Shown here: positions 9,350 through 18,796 of the stretch, piece after piece
Layout of the letters: each line of letters begins with the position of its first letter
Position numbering within the stretch: position 1 is the stretch's first letter
IMG/VR virus record: IMGVR_UViG_3300036820_000007
Span: 34,489 to 98,488 of that record
Origin: a virus
Direction: 5' to 3' (one strand)
Length of the DNA stretch: 64,000 bases
The notes under the pieces: model-generated
Seen by the model: the letters and a program-made list of their open reading frames with translations, nothing else
Told to the model about the DNA's origin: nothing
Databases searched by the model: none
Made by a program: the position numbers and the translations under genes

Positions 9350-9696
9350 TGCTCCCTCTCGCCAACACCAAGGTCAGCATCCTGCGCGGCACCGGCAACG
9401 ATGCCTACGGCGACGAGATCGACACGATGACGCCGTTCGAGACGGACGTGCCCGCCTTGCTGACCGAAGAGGCGCAGACGGTTTTCGATCCCGCGACGCA
9501 GGAACCGCGGACCGTGCGCACGGCCATGTGCTATGTGCCCCCCTGGCTGGATGTTTTGAACACCGACCAGGTGTATGACCAGCTGACCGGTGACACCTTC
9601 ATGGTCATCGATATTGTCGCCCAGCCGTGGCTTGCGCCCGGCGGGTCACGGCTCACCACGCTCAAACTCCGCCGCGTATCTGCGGCCGCCCCGTAG
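9349..9696 (+). CDS. head closure/stopper protein
   Basis: TGATG coupling; VSILRG..DAYGDE motif; synteny. Confidence 0.7.
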   Translation: MLPLANTKVSILRGTGNDAYGDEIDTMTPFETDVPALLTEEAQTVFDPATQEPRTVRTAMCYVPPWLDVLNTDQVYDQLTGDTFMVIDIVAQPWLAPGGSRLTTLKLRRVSAAAP

Positions 9697-9736
9697 CCGC
9701 AGAGGCCGGGTTCTCTTCCGCACCCACAGCGATTCC

Positions 9737-9778
9737 GCCCGCGCAGCCGTAGAGGCCGCGGGCTTTCTTCGCATGCCC
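9737..9778 (+). terminator. hairpin + TTTCTTCGCATGCCC element
   Basis: GCCCGCG...CGCGGGC stem. Confidence 0.55.
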
Positions 9779-9793
9779 GGGGTCAGGCTTTCG

Positions 9794-10042
9794 TCAGTCG
9801 ATCGCGTCACAGCAATTCATCCACGAACAGGCTTCGCCACCGTCGAGCACGAGGCCGTCGCCGCCGGGCCGGACCTCGACGACGATACGGGCTTCGCCGT
9901 GGGCGAGGACCCGGTCGCCGGCCTTCGGGCGCTTGCGCCACTTCCGCGCGTCGTAGTACCAAGTGCGCGGGTACCGGATGACCCACACCAGGCGCCAGAA
10001 GCGGCGCTCCCAAGCCAGTGGGACGATCTTGTTCCTGTCCAT
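9794..10042 (-). CDS. small Trp/Arg-rich hypothetical protein (moron-like)
   Basis: fills the gap between neck genes on the opposite strand; C-terminal CSWMNCC. Confidence 0.55.
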   Translation of the reverse strand: MDRNKIVPLAWERRFWRLVWVIRYPRTWYYDARKWRKRPKAGDRVLAHGEARIVVEVRPGGDGLVLDGGEACSWMNCCDAID

Positions 10043-10076
10043 CTCCGCCCTGAGCTTAGCCGCGTGGAGGTGCCCG

Positions 10077-10481
10077 GTGGCAGACGTCGTCATGGACCCG
10101 GACTTCCTCGCCAAGGTGGAGGCGGCCGGGCTGACGTTCATGGACGAGCGGCTGGGCCCGTCGATCGCCACCGATGCCCGTACCTACGCCCCGATCGGGG
10201 TCAGCACGCCGCCAACGCGCCGCGTTCCCCCGCACGAAGCCGGCGAGCTGAAGGCGAGCATCGAGCACCACATGAGCGGCACCGAACTGATCGTTGAGGC
10301 GCATGCCCCTTATGCCGCTTATGTCGAGCTTGGAACCTTCCCGCACGGAATCAGCGCCCAGGGTGACTGGAACCTGCACAACGCGGTGACCAACCAGTAC
10401 TTCGGGCGGCATGTGCACCACCCCGGTAACACCCCACGCCCGTACCTCCGGCCGGCGCTTTACCGGTACCGGACCGAATAG
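10077..10481 (+). CDS. HK97 gp10-like neck/tail completion protein
   Basis: GGAGG RBS; GELKASI, YAAYVELGT, PRPYLRPAL. Confidence 0.85.
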   Translation: MADVVMDPDFLAKVEAAGLTFMDERLGPSIATDARTYAPIGVSTPPTRRVPPHEAGELKASIEHHMSGTELIVEAHAPYAAYVELGTFPHGISAQGDWNLHNAVTNQYFGRHVHHPGNTPRPYLRPALYRYRTE

Positions 10482-10493
10482 AGGGATGCGCTC

Positions 10494-10856
10494 GTGATCA
10501 AGACTGCTGTAGCCGCTGACGACGGTGACGAAGAGGCTCGCCGCAAGGAGGTCCTCGGCCAGATCCGGGACCTGTTCGGTCAGCTTGGCGAAGCATCCCC
10601 GGAAGACGAGCTCCGCGGCGAAGTCGCCGCTCTTCGTGCCGAGATCAGGGCGCTGCGTGAGTCGCCAGGCGTCCACACTCATCACAACTGCTGCGGCTAC
10701 CACTGCTGCGGTTATGTGCACTACTACCCGTATAGCTACGCGCTGGGCACCACCACGTACAACCTGACCGGCGTGCCCACCGGGACTGGCAACTACTCGG
10801 TCAGCAACGCCGCCGCCGGCGGCTCGACAACCATGACCTACCAGATCGACGTCTGA
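10494..10856 (+). CDS. hypothetical protein, coiled coil + His/Cys cluster
   Basis: HTHHNCCGYHCCGY. Confidence 0.55.
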   Translation: MIKTAVAADDGDEEARRKEVLGQIRDLFGQLGEASPEDELRGEVAALRAEIRALRESPGVHTHHNCCGYHCCGYVHYYPYSYALGTTTYNLTGVPTGTGNYSVSNAAAGGSTTMTYQIDV

Positions 10857-10886
10857 GCTGGGCGACGCTCGCGGGGAGGGGTCCTC

Positions 10887-11360
10887 GTGACCGTCGTCCT
10901 GCTGCCGACCAACGAACTCGTTGGCGTTTCCTGGTTGTCCTCGATCGTCGGCCTGGAAGTGGACGGGATCGCCACCCAGCTGCCCTCAGTGGAAGCCGGC
11001 TGGAAGAAGTACGGCTTCGTTACCGTCGCCGTGGTCGGCGGCAGCCCGGAGAACAACACCTCCATCCGGCGGCCGGTCTACCAGATCGACTGCTGGGCCA
11101 ATAACAAGAGCAGCGACAAGCCGCCGTGGTGGCGGGCCAACGTGCTCGCCGAGCAGATCCGGGCCGCGACATTCGACCGGCAGCATTCCCACCGGGGCTG
11201 CGCGATCGCCGCTGGCGGAGCGTCCTACCCCAACGTGATTGTCCTCGCGGCCACGATGATGACCGAGCCGCGGCGTGGTTACGGCGATCCAGCGGACTAC
11301 GCGCGCTATCAATTTGATCTTCAAATGTGGTGGACCCAGGTCCCCGAATATGACCCCTGA
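10887..11360 (+). CDS. tail terminator protein
   Basis: VVGG, RPVYQIDCWA, ARYQFDL; synteny. Confidence 0.75.
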   Translation: MTVVLLPTNELVGVSWLSSIVGLEVDGIATQLPSVEAGWKKYGFVTVAVVGGSPENNTSIRRPVYQIDCWANNKSSDKPPWWRANVLAEQIRAATFDRQHSHRGCAIAAGGASYPNVIVLAATMMTEPRRGYGDPADYARYQFDLQMWWTQVPEYDP

Positions 11361-11472
11361 CGGGCCGACCCGCCGGTAAGGGCGCGTGCCGGTTGCAACC
11401 CGGCTTAAAGGGTTTGACCAGCAGACAGGCCGGGTGGTCCCGCGCGCCGCCCGTTCACCGGGGAGGTGCTTC

Positions 11473-12630
11473 ATGGCACTTCCCGGTGACCTGAACACGG
11501 TCACGGTGACCGGGTCGTTCCTGGACGCCTCGGGTACGGCCCTGACCGGTAGCGTCACGTTCACGCCGGTCGCGGTCCTGGCGGCAGGGTCGCCTGCGGT
11601 GCCGGTGACGGTGACCGACTCGACCGGGCATGTGGTCATCGCCGCCGTGGGCGTGACCCGGCTGGTCGGGCCCATTCCGCCCGCTGTCGGCAGGGTGCCG
11701 CAGACGCCGCCGCTGACCTACCCGCCGTCGTGGCCGGCGCAGCCGCTGTCAGTGATCCTGGCGGCCACAGACAACGCTGACCTGTCCCCGCAGAACTGGG
11801 CCTACCAGGCGTCGGTGGTTATCGGCGATGCGCCCGTGGAAACCTTCACCACGCTGCTGCCGCACTCGCCGCCGACGATCGATTTCAGCGACCTGGTCCC
11901 GGCTACGCTGGCCGTGTCGCTGTCGGCGGCGCTGCCGATCACCGGCGGCGTCCTGTCCGGCACGCTCGAGCTCGGCGGCTCGCCACCGCTGCAGATCCCG
12001 GCCGGAGCCGCGGCGGGCGACGTCCTGGTCTCGGATGCTGACGGCAACGCGGCCTGGGACACGCTGAGCGCGGCTGGTCTTGCAACAACGACCGCGCTTG
12101 CGGCAGAGACATCGCGGGCCGAAGCGGCAGAGGCTCTTAAGGCCCCGCTGGCGTCTCCCGCGCTGACCGGGGTGCCGACCGCTCCGACCGCATCGGCGCT
12201 AACCGACAGCACGCAACTCGCCACAACCGCCTATGCGGACAGCGCGGTTGCCGTAGAAACCTCTCGGGCTGAGACCGCGGAAGCGCTCAAGGCCCCGCTG
12301 GCCAGCCCGGCGCTAACCGGGACTCCCACCGCGCCGACGAAGACCGCGCTGACGAATAACACCGACATCGCCACGACCGCGTACACCGACTCCGCCGTGG
12401 CCGTAGAGACCTCCCGGGCCGAGACTGCCGAGGCGCTGAAACTGCCCCTCGCGGGCGGCACGATGTCCGGCGCGATCGCCATGGGGTCCAGCAAGATCAC
12501 GGGGCTGGCGGATGGCAGCAACCCTCAGGACGCCGTGGCGTTCAGCCAGCTTCCCTCATCCGCCTCGCCGCTCCTGGTGAGCGAGGGCGGTACCGGGAGC
12601 AGCACCGGAATCGACGGCGGCAATGCCTAA
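11473..12630 (+). CDS. fibre protein: anchor domain + APLASPALTG.PTAPT repeats, ends IDGGNA
   Basis: GGAGG RBS; repeated ETSRAE.AEALKAPLASPALTG. Confidence 0.75.
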   Translation: MALPGDLNTVTVTGSFLDASGTALTGSVTFTPVAVLAAGSPAVPVTVTDSTGHVVIAAVGVTRLVGPIPPAVGRVPQTPPLTYPPSWPAQPLSVILAATDNADLSPQNWAYQASVVIGDAPVETFTTLLPHSPPTIDFSDLVPATLAVSLSAALPITGGVLSGTLELGGSPPLQIPAGAAAGDVLVSDADGNAAWDTLSAAGLATTTALAAETSRAEAAEALKAPLASPALTGVPTAPTASALTDSTQLATTAYADSAVAVETSRAETAEALKAPLASPALTGTPTAPTKTALTNNTDIATTAYTDSAVAVETSRAETAEALKLPLAGGTMSGAIAMGSSKITGLADGSNPQDAVAFSQLPSSASPLLVSEGGTGSSTGIDGGNA

Positions 12631-12639
12631 GGCGGCGGC

Positions 12640-13005
12640 GTGACCTACAACTACGTGACTGTCACCGGGTCGTTCCCCGGCCAGACGGGCACCATCACGT
12701 TCACCCCGTCGTCGGCGGTCACTGACCTGACCGGCACGATCCCCGTTCTCGGCCCGGGCTCGTTCGCCTGCCCTCTCCCCGGTGGCTCGCTCACGTCCCC
12801 GCCTCTGCTGGCCACCGACAATCCGAGCCTGCTGCCCGCTGGGTGGACCTGGGAAGTCCGGGTTCAGCTGCAGGGCAGCACCCCCTACGGCTACCCGATC
12901 CTCGTCCCGTCCTCGCCCTCCTCGGCGAGCCTGATCACGCTGCCGGTTTCCCCGGGCACGGCGGTCACGGCGGAGACCGGCTCGATCGACGGGGGGAACG
13001 CCTGA
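12640..13005 (+). CDS. anchor-domain-only protein ending IDGGNA
   Basis: paralogous to N-terminus of 11473/34851/38126/39355. Confidence 0.7.
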   Translation: MTYNYVTVTGSFPGQTGTITFTPSSAVTDLTGTIPVLGPGSFACPLPGGSLTSPPLLATDNPSLLPAGWTWEVRVQLQGSTPYGYPILVPSSPSSASLITLPVSPGTAVTAETGSIDGGNA

Positions 13006-15108
13006 ATGGCTGTCACGATTCAGGTCCGCCGGGATACGTCAGCCAACTGGGTGTCGGTCAACCCCGTCCTGCACCAGGGCGAGCCAGGCGTCGAAACCGA
13101 CACCGGCAGATTCAAGTACGGCGACGGATCGACTACCTGGACATCGCTCGGGTACGCGGCACAGCAGCTCACTCCCACCACGCAGGCCGCGACCTACACC
13201 GCCAGCCCAGGTGACTACGTCAAGGCGAACATCTCGTCAGCCTCCTGGACGATGAAGCTGCCGCAGGCCCCGCCGCCGAACACCATCGTCGGCGCCAAGG
13301 TCATCGCCAACGCTACCGGGAACGCGAATACCCTCACCGTCGCCTGCCAGGGCAGCGACGTCTTCGAGCAGTCCGGCGGCGGCACCTCGGTCACGATGTC
13401 GATTCCGCTGCAGGCTGCGGGCTGGCAGTACAACGGCGGGTACTGGACGCGCCTGTCCGATGACCTGCCGCTCGGCCAGCTGGACGGGCGCTACACCCGC
13501 GTCTATTCGCCCATGGCGTTCGGCGCGGCCGGGAACGGGACGACGGACGACACGAACGCGGCCAAGGCGGCGTTCACCGCCGCCACCAGCTCGGGCGGCG
13601 GCGGCACTGTCGATCTCGGCAATTACAACTTTCTGACCTCCTCGCCCATTGACCTCCAGTCGAACGTGATGGTCCGCGGGTCGGTGCCGCTCGCTGCGCC
13701 TGGCGTCAGCGCAGGGCAGCTCGGGGCGATCATCAACAACACCGGCGACATCTTCCAGATGCCGTCTGGCGCCGTGAGCCACGTCGTCTTCGGGAACTGC
13801 GCCCTGGTCGCCTCGGCCGGGCACGTCTTCAACGCCCAGGGTGTGGCATGTTCCAGCTGGAACATCACCAACGTCTACATCAGCCAGACCAGCAACTCCC
13901 ATGCGATCTGGTATCAGCCGAACTCGACAAACGTGGACAGCCAGGCGTACTCGAACATGCTGGTCGGCGACGGCTGCTACTTCCTGGCCATGGGCGGCAC
14001 TGCCACCATCCCGGCCTGGCAGGTAGTCACGCTGGACAACATCAACTCCAACACCTGGCGCCGCATGGTCGTCTCCATGGGGAACTCGGAAGCCGAGCCG
14101 TTCTTCTACCTGGAAAACATCGGCACCAACGGCAGCCAGCTGGCCTCCGACGACGTCTTCGAGGACATCACGGCCGAGGAGTGCCAGGGCGGCATCCTGC
14201 AGGCCCTGTCGGTTGACGCGATGACGCTGCGCAACGTCCAGGGCTGGGACGCCGCTTATTACAAGAGCCTCTTCATCATCGGCACGAGCACGACCGGCCT
14301 GCAGTCTTCCAACGGCATCGTGGCCATCAACTGCGGGCGCCGCGGCGGCACCCTGGAGGGCGCTTATGACTTCCAGGCGTCCTCGGACACGCTGAACCTG
14401 GTGCTGATCAACTGCATCCCGCAACTGGGCCAGGACGAGACCCCGAGCCTGTCGGTGCCGCAGTCCACGACCATCATTCCCGCGCAGGCATACACCCCGG
14501 CGGCCTACGAGAACTCGGCCGCCGGGGGCACCAGCGGCACGACGGTGACGACGAGCAACTCGGGGAGCGCTTCCGGCAAGGCATGGAGCGCCGTCGGCGG
14601 GACGGTCACGTTCGACAACAGCGAGATCCTGGCCGCTGGCTCGTCCACCCTGGCCTACAAGCTCGTCGGCTCGGCATCGACGGCCTACCTTGAGTGGTCG
14701 GTGCCCAACACCGTCTTCCCTGCGCCAGTCCAGTACTCGCGGGTGTACTTCTACCTGTCCGGCACCGGCTTCAGCTGCGACCTCCTGACTGGCCCTGGCC
14801 TTAACTACCGCGTGACGTACAGCTCGGGCGCCACCCTTTACGCGGACGCCGGAGGCTCCGCGTCCCTTGGCATCACCACCCTCGCGGCCACTACGTGGTA
14901 TCGGCTCGAGACCGCGGTCAACCAGGCAGCCGGGACGATCACGGCCCGGCTTTTCAACGTCAACGGTGTGCGGCTGGAGACCATGACCGCCACGGGCGGC
15001 ACGTACCTGTCCAACGCCACCGCGTACTACGGCTCACAGGACAATTTCACCGGCACCGTATGGCTGGCCTACCCGGCATGGTCCAACGCGGGCTGGATCG
15101 GGCCCTAG
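13006..15108 (+). CDS. fibre/spike: Mtd_N-like domain + pectate-lyase-like beta-helix
   Basis: IQVRRDTSANW...GEPGVETDTGRFKYGDG; FGAAGNGTTDDT. Confidence 0.8.
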   Translation: MAVTIQVRRDTSANWVSVNPVLHQGEPGVETDTGRFKYGDGSTTWTSLGYAAQQLTPTTQAATYTASPGDYVKANISSASWTMKLPQAPPPNTIVGAKVIANATGNANTLTVACQGSDVFEQSGGGTSVTMSIPLQAAGWQYNGGYWTRLSDDLPLGQLDGRYTRVYSPMAFGAAGNGTTDDTNAAKAAFTAATSSGGGGTVDLGNYNFLTSSPIDLQSNVMVRGSVPLAAPGVSAGQLGAIINNTGDIFQMPSGAVSHVVFGNCALVASAGHVFNAQGVACSSWNITNVYISQTSNSHAIWYQPNSTNVDSQAYSNMLVGDGCYFLAMGGTATIPAWQVVTLDNINSNTWRRMVVSMGNSEAEPFFYLENIGTNGSQLASDDVFEDITAEECQGGILQALSVDAMTLRNVQGWDAAYYKSLFIIGTSTTGLQSSNGIVAINCGRRGGTLEGAYDFQASSDTLNLVLINCIPQLGQDETPSLSVPQSTTIIPAQAYTPAAYENSAAGGTSGTTVTTSNSGSASGKAWSAVGGTVTFDNSEILAAGSSTLAYKLVGSASTAYLEWSVPNTVFPAPVQYSRVYFYLSGTGFSCDLLTGPGLNYRVTYSSGATLYADAGGSASLGITTLAATTWYRLETAVNQAAGTITARLFNVNGVRLETMTATGGTYLSNATAYYGSQDNFTGTVWLAYPAWSNAGWIGP

Positions 15109-15117
15109 CGCCTGGCT

Positions 15118-15606
15118 GTGAGCAACCTCACGTCCGCGGGCGCAGCGGCCACCGGAACGCCGCACGCGGTGAACCAGGGCGGCACCATCCAGAACGCCAC
15201 CTCGGACCTGCGGGCTCCGGGCTGTCGAACGCCTACCTGGGGCTGTACAGCGTCGGGTCCACCTGCAGCCTGCTGGCGCAGTGCACCACCGACCAGAGCA
15301 CGAACATGACCACCGGGAGCGGCGGCGTCTACTCGGCCACCCTGAGTTCCTCCTGCGGGCTGGCTGCGAACACCCTGTACCGCGTCGGGCTGGTCCTCGG
15401 CACGGTGTCCACGACGTTCCCCACCTTCCAGTCGTTCGGCACCGCCTCGGGCGGCCTGTACACCCAACTGGTCCTCGGTTGCCGGGATCACCCAGGAGTA
15501 TTACGCCGGCGGGTACATCTCCGGGACGAACACGTCACTGCCGTCGTCGTTCTCGTCCAGCAGCATGTCGGCTTACCCCGGCTCCCCGGTGTTCGTGATC
15601 TCCTGA
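15118..15606 (+). pseudogene. chimeric, doubly frameshifted fibre-tip remnant
   Basis: three frames join into ...GGTIQNATSDL / AGSGLSNAYLGLY...GGLYT / NWSSVAG...TSLPSSF...VFVIS-stop. Confidence 0.7.
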
Positions 15607-15620
15607 CCAGCGTGAATCAC

Positions 15621-15649
15621 CTGCCGTCATCAAAGAGCGCCCGTAGTAT
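15621..15649 (+). promoter_or_regulatory. leaderless sigma70-type promoter
   Basis: CTGCCG-N17-TAGTAT-N7-ATG. Confidence 0.6.
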
Positions 15650-15656
15650 CCACGGC

Positions 15657-17195
15657 ATGACGCGCCAACCCGCTCTGCCCGTGCGCCCAGTTGCTGCCGC
15701 GGTACTCGCCGCTGCCGCTGCCGTCCTGCTCGCAGTTGCGCTGTCAGCCCCTCTGCCCGCTCAGGCTGCGGACTGGGGGGCGGTGGCGCTCGCGGCATGG
15801 TGCGGGGCGCTCCTGGCGGCATGCGCGGCGCTCAGCCACCGCAGCGGCGCCGGCCTGGCGCAGTGGAAACTTGGCTGCTGGTTCCTGCTGTGGTGCGCCC
15901 TGACGAGCGGCATTACGACCCTCACGCCGCTGACCGGGCTGGCGGCGCAGATCGGGCCGTCCAGCATCACCCGCGCCGAGTGGCTGACCGCCGTGGCAGC
16001 AGCAGCGATGGCGGCAGGCTACTGCGCCGTGCCCCGCCGGGGCGCCGTCGCGAAGGGTGGCCAGTTCATGCGGCGCATGGGTACCCGGCGCCCCGGCGTC
16101 ATCGCCGGCCCGCTGGCCCCGTGGCTGCTGTACGGTGCCGGGACCACGGCGAGGCTGGCTGCCGCCGTGCTGACCGGGCGCCTCGGTGACGCCGGCGACC
16201 CCGCCACGGCTGTCGTGTCCGCGGCCTGGTACCAGCAGGCCCTCGCCGACGCCGCTTACGCCTGCCCGCTCGCCGTCGCCGTCGCCGGGTTACGCGCGTT
16301 CCGCCAGCAGGCACCCGGCGCGAAGGCCGCACTCGCCGTCCTGCTCGCCGCCGAATGCGCGTTCTCCGCCGTGTCCGGCTCCAAGGGCGGCATCGTCACC
16401 GCCGCGGTGGCCGTAGCTATCTCCTATGCTTCAGCGGGCCGCAGGATGCCAGCGAGGCTCGTCCTTGGCGCAGTGGCGTTCTTCCTGGTCATCGTGATTC
16501 CGTTCACCGCCGCCTACCGTTCCGGGATCCATGGCGGCACGGCAGCCGCGGACGGGCAGCCTGCCGTGTCCCTCAGCCCGGCGCAGGCGGCCGCGCAGGC
16601 GCCCGCCATCGCCGGGAACGCACTCGCGGCAGCATCGCTGTCCACCCTCGGCGCGTCGGCAGGCTACCTCGGGCAGCGGCTCCAGGAGATCGACGCCCCC
16701 GCGATCGTCGTTCAGGAAACCCCGTCCCAGATCCCTTACACCAGCGCCGCCCAGCTGCCCGAAGCCCTCGCCGCCGACGTCATCCCCCGCGCCCTGTGGC
16801 CCGGCAAGCCCATCATCGACCCGGGGTACCAGTTCACCGTCGCCTACTACGGCGACGACCACCTCACCTACTCGGCGATCACGCCGCAGGCCGACCTGTG
16901 GCGCTACGGCGGCTGGGTTCCCGTCATCGCCGGCATGGCGCTGCTCGGATGGCTGATGCGCGTCCTGGACGACGTGCTCGACATCCGGCGTTATCCGCAG
17001 GCCGCACTGCTGGTGCTCCTGCTGTGGCCCATGCTGGCCGCACCGGAGGGGCCGTTCACTACCACACTGGCCGTACTGCCTGGCCTGGTGCTGACATGGC
17101 TCGTGGCCTGCGCCGCAGTGTTCCGCCGGGCACCCGTCTTCACGGCCCGCCTCGCAGGAGCAGCAGCCACAGAGAACCTGCAGCCCACGCCGTAA
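15657..17195 (+). CDS. polytopic membrane protein, Wzy/O-antigen polymerase-like
   Basis: about 10 hydrophobic segments; SGSKG; IPRALWPGKP...ITPQADLWRYGG. Confidence 0.65.
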   Translation: MTRQPALPVRPVAAAVLAAAAAVLLAVALSAPLPAQAADWGAVALAAWCGALLAACAALSHRSGAGLAQWKLGCWFLLWCALTSGITTLTPLTGLAAQIGPSSITRAEWLTAVAAAAMAAGYCAVPRRGAVAKGGQFMRRMGTRRPGVIAGPLAPWLLYGAGTTARLAAAVLTGRLGDAGDPATAVVSAAWYQQALADAAYACPLAVAVAGLRAFRQQAPGAKAALAVLLAAECAFSAVSGSKGGIVTAAVAVAISYASAGRRMPARLVLGAVAFFLVIVIPFTAAYRSGIHGGTAAADGQPAVSLSPAQAAAQAPAIAGNALAAASLSTLGASAGYLGQRLQEIDAPAIVVQETPSQIPYTSAAQLPEALAADVIPRALWPGKPIIDPGYQFTVAYYGDDHLTYSAITPQADLWRYGGWVPVIAGMALLGWLMRVLDDVLDIRRYPQAALLVLLLWPMLAAPEGPFTTTLAVLPGLVLTWLVACAAVFRRAPVFTARLAGAAATENLQPTP

Positions 17196-17437
17196 GGGCG
17201 CCCCAGAACAGCATCACCCACACGCATAAGCGGCTGCGGCCCTGACCCTCTAACCGCTCAGCCCACGCCACTGGCAGGCCTCCCTGTAAGCGCATGCCCG
17301 CTGACGCTACCGGTCACCACTCCGTCACGTCCGGTGACCACTGCAACACGGCCCCTCTGGAGAAAGACGCGAACCCTGGCGGGGCCCCTGGCTTCGTGGT
17401 CAGGTTCCCTGAGCGCGCCCTGTAGCAGCGTCCTTCC

Positions 17438-17468
17438 GGCCCGCCTCGCGCGGGCTTTTTTCTTGCCC
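17438..17468 (+). terminator. hairpin + TTTTTTCTTGCCC element
   Basis: GGCCCGC...GCGGGCT stem. Confidence 0.6.
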
Positions 17469-17485
17469 CAGCCACAGGAGGTCGC

Positions 17486-17749
17486 ATGCCCACGGTGCAC
17501 ACCGTCTTCGGTGACCAGGAAGTCCCCGAGGGCGAGGCGGCCGCGCTGAAAGCGCAGGGCCTGGCCCTTGATGCCGCACCCGCGTCCGAGCCACCGCCGG
17601 AGGACGTCGAGGTGCTCACCGTCTTCAGCGAGCTCCCCATGAAGATGCCAGCCGCTGAGGCGAAGGCCCTCGACGCCCAGGGACTCCTCGTGCACGACGA
17701 CCCGCCAGCCAAGTCACGCCGGGACGCCGGCAAGAAGGAGCAGGAGTAA
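17486..17749 (+). CDS. small acidic protein preceding tail genes, with internal duplication
   Basis: AGGAGG RBS; TVF...EA.AL.AQGL twice. Confidence 0.75.
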   Translation: MPTVHTVFGDQEVPEGEAAALKAQGLALDAAPASEPPPEDVEVLTVFSELPMKMPAAEAKALDAQGLLVHDDPPAKSRRDAGKKEQE

Positions 17750-18367
17750 ATGGCCGCCCAGACGCTGACCTCGACGACGCTGGCCACCGACGGGACGGGT
17801 ACCAACCTGACGGCCCTGCTGGCCGCTCCCACCGCCACGGCGGTGAGCTTCCAGAACACCCTGAACACCATCCTGGTCGTTTCCGCAGGTGCGGCGATCA
17901 CCACCACCGTCGCCTCTGGCTCCACCACCGGGGAGATCAGCACCATCGCGTCCTGGTCGTTCCCGTCGGCGGGCGTCCTGGACGTGGCCAGCAGTGCCAG
18001 CTTCCCGGCCTCAGGCACTGTGATCGTCACGACGTCCACCACTCCGGCCACGGTCACCTATACCGGGACGGGCTCGGGGACGCTGACCGGCTGCGCATAC
18101 GTCAGCGGCTCGGCCGCCGGGACCGTGACCACGACGACATCCACGGTCACCCTGGTGTCGGAAACGGTGACCGTGAACATCGAGGCCTTGATCGAGGGGC
18201 AGAGCGTGACGGCTTTCCCAGCGGTCACGCTCACCGCGTCAGATGTCTACACCTTCGGTCCGTTCCACTCCGTCCTGGATGCCCCCGGCGGGAACACCAT
18301 GCAGGTCTCCTTGTCGTCGATCTCGAACGTCACGCTCGGGCTGATCACCATCCCCGGTGTCTATTAA
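17750..18367 (+). CDS. virion beta-sandwich protein, long paralogue with inserted domain
   Basis: near-identical N- and C-parts to 18437..18796. Confidence 0.75.
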   Translation: MAAQTLTSTTLATDGTGTNLTALLAAPTATAVSFQNTLNTILVVSAGAAITTTVASGSTTGEISTIASWSFPSAGVLDVASSASFPASGTVIVTTSTTPATVTYTGTGSGTLTGCAYVSGSAAGTVTTTTSTVTLVSETVTVNIEALIEGQSVTAFPAVTLTASDVYTFGPFHSVLDAPGGNTMQVSLSSISNVTLGLITIPGVY

Positions 18368-18385
18368 CCCGGCTCATTTCGCACT

Positions 18386-18414
18386 GGCCCGTAAAGCGGG
18401 CTTTTTTCTTGCCC
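18386..18414 (+). terminator. hairpin + TTTTTTCTTGCCC element
   Basis: GGCCCGT-aaa-GCGGGCT. Confidence 0.6.
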
Positions 18415-18436
18415 GGACCACGAAGGAGCTGGCCCC

Positions 18437-18796
18437 ATGACCGCTGCCCAGACGCTGACCGCTACGGCGCTCGCGACCGATGGCACTGGCACCAACCTCA
18501 CCGCCCTGCTCTCGGCCCCGACGAGCACGACGCTGAGCTTCCAGAACACTTTGAACACGGTGCTGCTGGTCCAGCCGGCCGCCTCGGCGGAGACGGTAAC
18601 GGTGAACATCGAGGCCCTGATCGAGGGTCAGTCGGTGTCGAGCTTTCCGGCCGAGACGCTGACCAGCACGGACCTGTACAGCTTCGGCCCGTTCCACTCG
18701 GTGCTCGACGCCCCCGGCGGCAACACGATGCAGGTCACGCTGTCGACGACCACGAACATCACCGTCGGCCTGGTCACGATTCCCGGCGTCTACTAA
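18437..18796 (+). CDS. virion beta-sandwich protein, short paralogue (tail decoration candidate)
   Basis: AAGGAG RBS; FGPFHSVLDAPGGNTMQV shared with upstream gene. Confidence 0.75.
   Translation: MTAAQTLTATALATDGTGTNLTALLSAPTSTTLSFQNTLNTVLLVQPAASAETVTVNIEALIEGQSVSSFPAETLTSTDLYSFGPFHSVLDAPGGNTMQVTLSTTTNITVGLVTIPGVY

Noticed and set aside
6018-15120. Stop-codon readthrough between same-frame neighbours (e.g. TGA-ATG at 13003-13008)
   Set aside because: Same-frame junctions occur by chance one time in three, and no readthrough signal is identifiable
13006-15606. Diversity-generating retroelement suggested by the Mtd_N-like domain
   Set aside because: No reverse transcriptase in the window and no TR/VR pair differing at adenines; the 33-bp repeat is exact
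14895-15656. 766-aa version of the membrane protein ORF
   Set aside because: The N-terminal part overlaps the spike gene and the pseudogene; the promoter geometry supports ATG 15657
17196-17437. Riboswitch in long intergenic gaps (also 11361-11470)
   Set aside because: Stems are possible, but no known aptamer consensus was recognised
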